Origin: Stramenopiles sp. TOSAG23-2
Taxonomy: Eukaryota
Length of the DNA: 34,714 nt
NCBI GenBank assembly: GCA_900128395.1
Contig: LT649348.1
Span: 1-34,714, forward strand
Direction of reading: 5' to 3'
In this document: one piece after another, positions 1 through 8,978 of the stretch
Numbering within the stretch: position 1 is the stretch's first letter
How the letters are laid out: every line of letters starts with the position of its first letter
Position numbers and translations under genes: made by a program
The notes under the pieces: model-generated
Seen by the model: only the letters and a program-made list of their open reading frames with translations
Told to the model about the DNA's origin: nothing
The model's database searches: none

Positions 1-55
1 CAATGCTTTACAATATTTCCAAGTCGATCGTTGCTTTTCAACATACCATGACTTT
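1..55 (-). repeat. Inverted exact copy of the first 55 bp of the ligase 93-bp duplicated unit, truncated by the window edge
   Basis: Reverse complement of 1-55 is aaagtcatggtatgttgaaaagcaacgatcgacttggaaatattgtaaagcattg, identical to 4921-4975 and 5014-5068. Confidence 0.95.
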
Positions 56-1053
56 ACTTCTTTTTTATTTCTTGTGTCTGGTAGATAGATAGATAAATAT
101 AGATATATTGATTTATCTTCGTAATAAAAGTACAACGCTGGAGGGTGAGCACTTTTGTATGTATGATGTCTACATCACTCTCTCTACTTTTAATCAATTT
201 TTAATCAATTTTAATTCATTTTTTTGATGTTTTTTGATGTTTTTTGCTGTTTTTTGTTGTTGGGATCTTCCTCGTTCAAATAGTAAGGCATTTTTCAACA
301 ATTGTTCACTTCGAACCCCGGAGAGAAACAATAAATAGTACTTGTGAGACGAATCAATACAAATCTTATTAGAAAAAAACAGAGAGAATAATATGGTATA
401 GATTAATATATAAATAATATTAAATACTATTTATAAGCTAAATAGATCAATAATCACATGAAAACCTTAAATTTATCGTACTTCAGCAAAAACACTTGGT
501 TTTTGACCTATTTAATATATAAATAACCTTTAATTTTATTTATATGTTAATCTATGCCACATTATGTTCACTTAATTTTTCCAATAGGTATACATTAAAA
601 TATTCCTATCATATGTATAAATCATGATCCTATCTAAAATATCAATTCAAGTATAATTTTACTACTGTAAGACTAAACAATGGTGCCATTAATTAACGAA
701 AAATGACTAATATTTTGCAGTTGGTTTAACACCACAACTTTATCAATTAAAACTCAATATTTTTTCATAACGATTTCCAGCTTCAAGTCCATATAACAAC
801 ATAGAAATAGCATTACAATCTCTAATAAATTAGTAATGTTGCTAATATAAAAAACTAGGTCGGATTGTTTTGCTTAGAGAGAGTTGATTAATTCAAGTTG
901 TAAAGTGTGTGTACTAAACGGGGTGGTTTTCTGTAGTGTATTAACCGGAATATGTCCTATTTATAAATCTCCTATCAAATGTCAATAATGTATACTTGAA
1001 TGGGAATTAGAATACTAAAAATATATCACACACCGTCACACCGTAATATTTTT

Positions 1054-1551
1054 TCATCGTCTTTCTCCATTCTTCTGCTTCTTCTTCTCCAATGCATCTA
1101 AATGAAACTCGCCAAGACCATCAACAACCAATTCAATATCACTTGCACGTCTTTTTGTACTTGTTTTTCTATTTTCTCCACTCTTCTTTTTCAATGCATT
1201 TTCCAATGGATTTGGTGCCCATGTACGATTTATACTAGTACTATTATTACCCTCCTCTGTTGTACTTTCATTATTGGTACCTTTCTTCCGTTCCATATAC
1301 ATATACCAAGCGGAAAAAAATATACTACCAACAAATGGGCAAAGTACTAAAATTAAAAGAAATGGATCCATTGGATGATCATATGTACCATCGGTATTTT
1401 TATGTAAACTTGCTGCTCTAGAAGATGCAATGGCAGAAATAAAAACGAGTAAATTTAAACAAATGTCTTCTGCATTATTTAAATATACATGTGGAAATGG
1501 TTTTAATCGTGTATGTACAGTCCGTACCAATAAAAACCCCAACGTAAGCTT
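1054..1551 (-). CDS. Possible terminal exon or intact 3' part of the membrane protein (2-3 TM segments plus basic cytosolic tail)
   Basis: Open frame from AAG at 1551 to TGA at 1054. Hydrophobic stretches ICLNLLVFISAIAS and FLLILVLCPFVGSIFFSAWY. No ATG at the start; preceded by an AT-rich stretch ending in AG. Confidence 0.4.
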   Translation of the reverse strand, partial: KLTLGFLLVRTVHTRLKPFPHVYLNNAEDICLNLLVFISAIASSRAASLHKNTDGTYDHPMDPFLLILVLCPFVGSIFFSAWYMYMERKKGTNNESTTEEGNNSTSINRTWAPNPLENALKKKSGENRKTSTKRRASDIELVVDGLGEFHLDALEKKKQKNGERR

Positions 1552-2266
1552 CTATATATAATAATCTTCTCAATAATATAGTTAATTAAAATAAAACATA
1601 AATATATATATATATTCAATAATATAATACATAGATAATGGTATATATTATTATTTCAATTATATATATGATAAGATTTCTCTGGACACCATATTAATTT
1701 TCTTCCAGGTCCAAATCTACGTTTTCCTATGTTTACTATGGGTATATTGCCAGGAATGTGCGAATGCCATAAGAAGTGCTACGATAAAATAGTTTTGTTG
1801 TAATAACGTTCGTGCAACAAAACCAGAGCAATCCAGCAATACAAGAGAGACATACCATTGTATATAGTTGATAGCTATAATATAATATTTAGTATATCTA
1901 AGTACGAAGTGGACCCACGGCAAATTAAGTACATAGAACACATAATATAATATCTTACAATGCTATGTAGTGTATATATACCTCTAATATTGCCACCACA
2001 GGAAGGATATGTGTAAAAACTTCACAGCGCAAAATCCTATTCCTATTCTGTAAACATGCCCAAGTACCTCTACCTCCTATATAATATAGTCTAAGATAAG
2101 ATGCAAGAAGTGTAAATGTGAACATCACCAAAATCACTTTTCCATCATCAGTATGTGCGTATTGTGGTAGTATAGATCTAGCTACTGTTTACTGTTTACC
2201 TGCTAATAATAGGTGCATAGCTAAAAATTACAACAACAATGATGGGTTAAAAAAATCCCATATCCA
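1054..2266 (-). pseudogene. Fragmented multi-pass membrane protein gene (pseudogene or multi-exon gene)
   Basis: Three collinear minus-strand hydrophobic ORFs (1955-2137, 1717-1941, 1054-1542). The last has ..VHTRLKPF..LNNAE.. followed by TM segments and a charged tail. The 1955-2137 frame continues upstream as WIWDFFNPSLLL*FLAMHLLLAGKQ*TVARS, with TAA at 2230-2228 and 2191-2189. The last segment is preceded by TATATATAG (TAG at 1554-1552), a possible splice acceptor. Confidence 0.45.
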
Positions 2267-2423
2267 TTAGTAGTATATAGACTAGTATAAAAAACAAAGA
2301 TACATAACATGTAGAGACATCTCAAAAGGAAACAAAAATTTATTTAGAAAATAATTAAGAATACGGAACATAATATTAGATATTTATTATATACAGTGAG
2401 AAACAATATTCAACGAAACAATC

Positions 2424-5400
2424 ATGTATAATAAAATGGACAAGAATAAAGCATTAGACATGGTAACATTAATATCTTCGGATGGAAAAACATGTACAAA
2501 TTATACATTTAATGAAGAAAACCATTTTATTAATGAATTAATAAAAGAAATCAATAATATACCAATTGAAGTTGTATTTGATTGTCATGGTGTTTTAGAT
2601 ACTATTGAACCAAATGTACAAATATTTCCTGAATTTGAGAAATACAAAAATGCAGTTTGTTGCAGTTATGTTAGTAGAAACGGTAAAATGCGTGAAAAAG
2701 CACGTCGAGAGATCATGAATCGAATAGTAAAAAAACAAATTAAATTTGGAGTATTAATTTTTGGACGAGGTAAAAAACATAATCGATATAAGTATTATGA
2801 TATTGGTTCAAAAGCATGGTTTTGCAAATTAGTTCAAACAAAAATATTTGTCGATGATGGATTGGATCACGTCTCATCTGTCAAATCGAATGATAAGTCA
2901 ACAAACGTAATTTTTATAAGATCTGGTGAAGAAAACAAAGAAAGAAAAATTAAGGAAAATTTAAATGCAGTGAAAAATGTATTGAAACAAGTTATTAGCG
3001 TTCCAACTTTATCAGATTATTACACATTTATTAAAAAAAAGAAGATACTAACATCTAATAATACTAGTAGTAATAATAATAATAATAGTAGTAGCAGCAG
3101 CAGTATCTTTGTTGCAACATTAAAAAAGAAACAACAATTATTAAATAAATCATTATTACCAAATAAATCATTAAAAAGAACATTATCAGATGAAGCGAAA
3201 AAATTATTTAAACTTGGTCTAGACAACGATGACGATAACAACAATAATAATGATAATTACAGTAGCTTGATGTATGGTGGTGATGATAATAGTAATAATC
3301 ATTTACAAACTAATAATAATAATAATTGCAGCAGTAAAAATAAAAAACAACAAAATAATAATAAAAGATTATCACAACAAAAACGAAGCACAATACGACT
3401 ATCATTTTGTGAACGATTGGAACAACGCAAAGCATCATTTACAAAAATTTGTGAGCCAATTTCAATTCGTATTGCAGAAACAGCTCGTAATAAATTTAAG
3501 AAATTAAAACGTGTAAAACAATTATATATACGTCGTGTATCCGATGGTTTTGGTGTCGATTTGAATGAAGATGATTTTATTCAATTATCATGGCTACAAG
3601 ATGGTGATGTAGTTTATATTGGAAAAAATCCTTCATCGCCTCCTTTAAGTAAGAATAATAATAATAATACAAATGGTATGAACAGTCGTATTGATGATAA
3701 TTGTATTAATAGTACAACAGATAACGTACTGTTACCACCATCAATTGCTAATAGCCGTAAGCAAATTGCAATCCCGCCTTTTTCTTCTACAATGCAAAAA
3801 AATTCTATGTTTGTTATCCATCCAAAAGGAACAAAACAAGAACAAACTCAAATATTAAATAATGCATTGGAGATATTTAATAATACACTAAGTCCATTTC
3901 CAATACTTGAAGCAGGTACAGCGTTACAAGAAGTTCGAGATGCATTTAATGTAGTTCCAAGAAATCATCGGTTATATGAGAAAAAAACTGATTTCATTTC
4001 ATGTTTTGATTATAGAGATGTTAATGAAAATACATTTCCTAATTTAAATCATGCATCTAATTTGAAACAATACAAATTGTGGGCATTACGAAGAGAATGC
4101 CGTGGTTTACTGCTGGATCGTAAAACCGGTAATGTTTTAGCACGCCGCTTTCATAAATTTTTTAATATTGGGGAAATGGAAGAAACATCCATTGAAAATT
4201 TGCCTGCACTATCAAACGAAACAATTATGTTAAGAAAGATCGACGGATGCATCGTATCACCTTTACTATTAGCTAATAATTTTAATAATTATATAAGTAG
4301 CTATAATCAGGATGATGAATATGATAAAGATGATGATGGAAAAAGAAGAAAAGGCAGAAGAAAAAAGGGGAAAAAATCTACTAAAGAAAAAAAGAGAAAG
4401 AAAGGAAAACGTAATATGGAAGAACAACTTCAAACGGAAAAAACTTTACGATGGGCAACCAAAACGGTCCTTTCCGCAGAACTAGAAAAGTTTATAAATG
4501 ATAATAAAAAAGAAGACGCAATACAAAATATTATTGAACTTTCATGGATTTGTATTGAAAAATTAAATGCTACACCTATTTTTGAGTGGTGTCGTCGTGA
4601 TCATCCTATAGTTGTGCAACATCAATCTGATAACCTTCTTTTACTTGCTGTTCGACATATGGGAAATGGGTTGTATATGCCTGATACATGTTTGCGCGAA
4701 TTTGCTAAAGCGTTTGGTGTAGCAGTAGTGCCACGTCTTAAAATCAATAACGTTGATGCTGGGTTGAAGGAATTAGCTAATGAAATTGCAAGTGGAACTC
4801 AACCAAGATGGAAAAATCAAGAAGGTGCTGTATTATCATGGCCAGATCGTGGAATATTTGTCAAAGTAAAGACAGCATGGTATGTTGGCGAACATGGAAC
4901 ATGGAAAATATCCAGTAGTAAAAGTCATGGTATGTTGAAAAGCAACGATCGACTTGGAAATATTGTAAAGCATTGTCTCCCAAATATTGACGCAGATGCT
5001 ATTCCATCAAGGGAAAGTCATGGTATGTTGAAAAGCAACGATCGACTTGGAAATATTGTAAAGCATTGTCTCCCAAATATTGACGCAGATGCTATTCCAT
5101 CAAGGGAGCTCCTTGCATCATGTCTTAGTAAAGATATTGATGATGTAATTTCGTTAGTATCGCATCAATGTCCAATATTAGCGAAAGCACTTCGTGAATT
5201 CAATGTCGAAGTAAATGATTCAATTCAACGTCTCCATCAAGAATTAGCAACTTGGGCATCAGAGATGAAAGCACGTTTTGGAAAATCAAAATCTAAATTT
5301 GCAAAGACTGTGAAATCTACTATTTACAATAATAATAATAATAATAATAGCCATTCAATGCACTGTTGGAGTGAGCGAACTTTAATACTTCACGGGAGAA

Positions 5401-5561
5401 GCCACGCGAGTTTAGATGAAGCTTTATCTTCATTACGACATGATTTACTTAAATATATGCAACAAGGTGAAGAGCAAGTACAGGATATTATGTCATCCTT
5501 ACATGTCAGTTGGCCACCTCCTTCAATTGAAAATACTCTAAAAAGAACTAAAAAGAACTAA
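2424..5561 (+). CDS. Multidomain RNA repair protein: N-terminal HAD-like domain, beta-grasp/ubiquitin-like segment, T4 Rnl1-family ATP-dependent RNA ligase, helical C-terminus
   Basis: Rnl1 signatures in order: ECRGLLLD..GNVLARRFHKFFNIGE (from 4095), motif I KIDG (K605 at 4236), RWATK, motif III TPIFEW, HPIVV..LLLLAVRH, motif IV QEGAVL (E at 4821), motif V VKVKTAWY (K at 4863). The N-terminus has HAD-like VVFDCHGVLD, CCS, GSK and IFVDD. Confidence 0.85.
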   Translation: MYNKMDKNKALDMVTLISSDGKTCTNYTFNEENHFINELIKEINNIPIEVVFDCHGVLDTIEPNVQIFPEFEKYKNAVCCSYVSRNGKMREKARREIMNRIVKKQIKFGVLIFGRGKKHNRYKYYDIGSKAWFCKLVQTKIFVDDGLDHVSSVKSNDKSTNVIFIRSGEENKERKIKENLNAVKNVLKQVISVPTLSDYYTFIKKKKILTSNNTSSNNNNNSSSSSSIFVATLKKKQQLLNKSLLPNKSLKRTLSDEAKKLFKLGLDNDDDNNNNNDNYSSLMYGGDDNSNNHLQTNNNNNCSSKNKKQQNNNKRLSQQKRSTIRLSFCERLEQRKASFTKICEPISIRIAETARNKFKKLKRVKQLYIRRVSDGFGVDLNEDDFIQLSWLQDGDVVYIGKNPSSPPLSKNNNNNTNGMNSRIDDNCINSTTDNVLLPPSIANSRKQIAIPPFSSTMQKNSMFVIHPKGTKQEQTQILNNALEIFNNTLSPFPILEAGTALQEVRDAFNVVPRNHRLYEKKTDFISCFDYRDVNENTFPNLNHASNLKQYKLWALRRECRGLLLDRKTGNVLARRFHKFFNIGEMEETSIENLPALSNETIMLRKIDGCIVSPLLLANNFNNYISSYNQDDEYDKDDDGKRRKGRRKKGKKSTKEKKRKKGKRNMEEQLQTEKTLRWATKTVLSAELEKFINDNKKEDAIQNIIELSWICIEKLNATPIFEWCRRDHPIVVQHQSDNLLLLAVRHMGNGLYMPDTCLREFAKAFGVAVVPRLKINNVDAGLKELANEIASGTQPRWKNQEGAVLSWPDRGIFVKVKTAWYVGEHGTWKISSSKSHGMLKSNDRLGNIVKHCLPNIDADAIPSRESHGMLKSNDRLGNIVKHCLPNIDADAIPSRELLASCLSKDIDDVISLVSHQCPILAKALREFNVEVNDSIQRLHQELATWASEMKARFGKSKSKFAKTVKSTIYNNNNNNNSHSMHCWSERTLILHGRSHASLDEALSSLRHDLLKYMQQGEEQVQDIMSSLHVSWPPPSIENTLKRTKKN
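4921..5107 (+). repeat. Exact in-frame 93-bp (31-aa) tandem duplication in the ligase CDS
   Basis: Copies start at 4921 and 5014; the peptide SHGMLKSNDRLGNIVKHCLPNIDADAIPSRE appears twice; no nucleotide mismatches seen. Confidence 0.97.
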
Positions 5562-5789
5562 AAGAGGAAAGAAAAAATCTGAAAATAAAAATCTTTTTTA
5601 TGATTATTTATATAATCGTGCACTTTGCACCTTTTACTTTCTGACTTTCTTAAAATAAAATATACAATATACTATATATAAACACTCGAACGATTTTTCT
5701 CAAAATTACCAAAAAGCCAAAAATACGTATAAAGAAAAAAGTACGCGCTCATACAATTGAACCACTTTTAAATCTTAGTTCTCCTTCCT

Positions 5790-7823
5790 TTATTTCATTG
5801 ATAATAATTCACTCGCAGCACTTTTGATTGGTGTATCAATAACAATATCATTTTCAATATAATTATTTCTTTTCTTCTTTTTAATTATTTTACGTTTTAC
5901 TTTTTTCTTTTTCTTCCTTGTTATCGTTGTTGTCTTCCGTTCAATCATTTGTTCTTTCTTTTGCATTGTTCTACTACTACTACTTGTCATCATTACTTTC
6001 TTTTTCATTGCCATTTTTTTCGTTTTCTTCTTCTTTGCCAAAGCAGATACTTTTTTACGAGTTTGTTGTTCTTTTTGATTTTTTATTCGTATTGAATGAA
6101 CACGTGTACTGGTTGTCAATTTGAACGGTTTGGTTCGAGTTGGTGATTTTGTCCATGTATCTCCTGTATGAAATACACTTGCAGCAGCTTTTTTATACTC
6201 TCTCGCTTTTTCTTGTTTCTGTAAATGCTTTTGAAATGCTTCTGGTTGGAAAAACAATGGTACATCATCAGAATTTGTAGTTTTTATATTAGATTTTTTC
6301 CCTTTTTTCTTTTTCTTTTTTCTTCTTCGAAATGCACTTTTTTTTTGCAACATTGGAGATTTCACTGGTGATATTGGAATGCTCCATGGTGGCTTGCCGT
6401 TAGAATTATTATAAGCCATATCAAAATCTCGATTACCATCTCCCCCTCTTAAGCTGAAATTATTATTATTGCTTATATGGTTTTCATGTAAAAAACGTCT
6501 TCTCGATAAAATACGTTTTGTCACTGCTTTCCTATATGCTTTTGGCAAACTATGTACTAATGTTTCTAATTCTATTTCATTTTCAGCAAATTTTTCTTCA
6601 TATTCCTTTGTTTCTTTTGCTACTTGCCATGCTGCAATAGCTGCTTTTTGCCTATTTTTCAACTCCTTAGTACGTTTACGAATGCGTTCAATATCAAAAT
6701 CAGCATTATAATCCAACCTTGCTGGCACTTGTGGTATGTAAGTGCTCATGCCAGTAGTATTATTCGCTAACGAGCGAAACCCAAATGCAGCATCTAATTT
6801 TTTTTGTTCCTCTTTTGCTTCGATTTCTTTTTTCACCATTTCGCGCCTTTTTTCTATCCAAGTTTTTGTATGGTCATTTACCTTTGAATCTTTCACAAAA
6901 ATATCAGCACTTGTTTTTTCACCATCTATACGATTTGAAAATGCAGGTGAAAATATAGACGATTGATTGTGATTGTTGTAACTATAAGTAGGTGATGATT
7001 TTGGTGCACTATGCGTCGTGTGGACGGTATTACTATCTAGCCTTGGAGTTGGCGATGCACCTCTTAAACCCCATTTATGGCCCCATGATTGATTCACACT
7101 TTTCGTTGATGTTACAATATCATGATTTGATGATGATGAACGTGGTGATTTTAATGTTGTAGCAGATACATTATGTTCATGTGTTGATGATCGAGATGGG
7201 CTATTGATATTATTATTGTTGGTACTATTATATGATGATGCATTCGATTGAAAACTATTATTCAATATCATTGATGAATTTGGAGTATTATTATTGCTAT
7301 TATTATTATTATTATTGCGGTTTCTATTATTGATTTTTTTCTTGCTTTTTGGTGATACCCATGCAACTTTAATACTAGATTTTAATTCTTCATCTTGTAC
7401 TCGTCTATATTCCCTTTCTGTATGTGATGCAATGTAACGTGATTCCCAACTTGCAGTAGTACGTGTATATCCATCCCGGTGTGTATGGTTACTATTATTA
7501 TTTTTATTTGGTGAATTATTTATTTTATTATTATTATTATTATCAATTACTACAGCAGTGTTTTTATCTGGAATTGTATTATTTTCAATTAATGCATCCA
7601 AAGATGCAAGTGATTCTTTTAACAATTTTGTCACTGTTTTCTTTTTTTGTGGAGTTGGTTGTCCATTTGTTTCCGACGATGATTCCTCCGTACTATTACC
7701 ATTATTGATATCATTTCCACCTGCTAACCTATTTAAATGTGGTGGTGAGTTAATAACTTGTTCATTTGCTGATATCTCATTATTATTATCTAACGGCGGT
7801 GCAGTGGTGACAACATTCGCCAT
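5790..7823 (-). CDS. Hypothetical Asn/Ser-rich disordered protein with short coiled coils and a Lys-rich C-terminus; possibly microtubule-associated
   Basis: 677-aa ATG..TAA ORF with genome-typical poly-Asn. Contains WTKSPTRTKPFKLTT, reminiscent of the T-x-x-x-PF-x-L-x-T motif of TPX2/FAM161-like proteins. Function is inference only. Confidence 0.75.
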   Translation of the reverse strand: MANVVTTAPPLDNNNEISANEQVINSPPHLNRLAGGNDINNGNSTEESSSETNGQPTPQKKKTVTKLLKESLASLDALIENNTIPDKNTAVVIDNNNNNKINNSPNKNNNSNHTHRDGYTRTTASWESRYIASHTEREYRRVQDEELKSSIKVAWVSPKSKKKINNRNRNNNNNNSNNNTPNSSMILNNSFQSNASSYNSTNNNNINSPSRSSTHEHNVSATTLKSPRSSSSNHDIVTSTKSVNQSWGHKWGLRGASPTPRLDSNTVHTTHSAPKSSPTYSYNNHNQSSIFSPAFSNRIDGEKTSADIFVKDSKVNDHTKTWIEKRREMVKKEIEAKEEQKKLDAAFGFRSLANNTTGMSTYIPQVPARLDYNADFDIERIRKRTKELKNRQKAAIAAWQVAKETKEYEEKFAENEIELETLVHSLPKAYRKAVTKRILSRRRFLHENHISNNNNFSLRGGDGNRDFDMAYNNSNGKPPWSIPISPVKSPMLQKKSAFRRRKKKKKKGKKSNIKTTNSDDVPLFFQPEAFQKHLQKQEKAREYKKAAASVFHTGDTWTKSPTRTKPFKLTTSTRVHSIRIKNQKEQQTRKKVSALAKKKKTKKMAMKKKVMMTSSSSRTMQKKEQMIERKTTTITRKKKKKVKRKIIKKKKRNNYIENDIVIDTPIKSAASELLSMK

Positions 7824-8978
7824 ATCAAAATGTATTCCTTATGTATATCAATGGAAGTGTGGATAATATGATCGGCTATTATTCCTGTATATGTGTGGGG
7901 GGAGGAAAGAAGGAGGAAGAATACGAACAGTAATATATATGTATCAAAATTGTAATATATAATTTCATTTTTCCACTGCTCCAACAACAACTCATCTCGA
8001 TCGATCTTAATCTGTTCTAATTCATTATTTATTCAATTTTTAATCTAATAAATCTAAATCCATCAAAAAATGCCGTCATCCGCGCCTCCTCGCCGTCACT
8101 AGCTGGCTAGCCCGCTAGCACTACACAGCACAAACACACGAGCATTTGTAGCAAATTATTTTGTGGTATTATTGGAAATTTGTCAAAATATAATTTAAAT
8201 TATTGGCCCTGATAATTCATCAACAAAATATATTCTATGCTATATATATCGATAGTATTATTAAAAATAAGTTAAAAACACTATCGATTTGTTATTTGTC
8301 GTGATTTTACAAATTATATATCGGATATTTAAAAACATTATGTTTAAAATTGATCATTTCAAACACATTCAAAAATTTTTATAATGCAGGATGATATAGG
8401 GAGAATACTTATACTTACGTAGCTAACACTATACAACACTAAATATTTCTATAGGAGAAAACGTTATCGATTTTTCATTTTTTCAGCTAGGAGAGAGAGG
8501 CTTTTATGTTGATAATTTTATAGTATTTGATAGTATTTGATAGTGTTTTGGTGCTATTTTACCTATTACTTTTTTTCAGATACAGCTTTTACTGAACGTT
8601 GACTTGCGCCTGACAATGAAATTCACCTTAATCCTCCCCAGGTCCGCGATGCTATTCCATGCTAATTCCATTTCGATCTCGTACACCCACATGTATCTGT
8701 TGGAGTTTATATATAAACGAAAGACAAGTCTGTGTTGACAAACAACTTTTCCATTAGTCAAAGCAAAACCTATCAAATTAAGAAATAGCGAGTAGACGAT
8801 AGATAGATTATATATATATTTATATATATATATATAGTAGTAGTAGTAAAATATTGTAAAACAGATTGTTTGTCTCTTTGGTTTTTTCTTTACTTTTTTT
8901 TTTTAAATAATTTCGTCATAATTTGTTAATATATCATTATTTAGAAGTAATAATAGTTGGGAATTAATAATATAAAAG

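Noticed and set aside
188-260. Short 10-11 bp repeats (ttttaatcaa, ttttttgatg); similar ones at 5541-5560 and 8521-8545
   Set aside because: Ordinary slippage repeats in AT-rich DNA with no further structure.
2189-2230. Stop-codon reassignment (TAA read as Gln) to explain in-frame stops in the membrane-protein fragments
   Set aside because: The long ORFs have no internal TAA/TAG and end at TAA, TAG or TGA at plausible positions, so the standard code fits.
2460-2492. MVTLISSDGK resembles the Skp1/BTB N-terminus
   Set aside because: The similarity does not continue; the following sequence fits a HAD-like pattern.
2424-5561. Fungal/plant-type Trl1 tRNA ligase or a DNA ligase
   Set aside because: No kinase or cyclic phosphodiesterase module follows the ligase and no OB-fold or BRCT pattern is seen; the ECRG and KFFN motifs point to the T4 Rnl1-like family.
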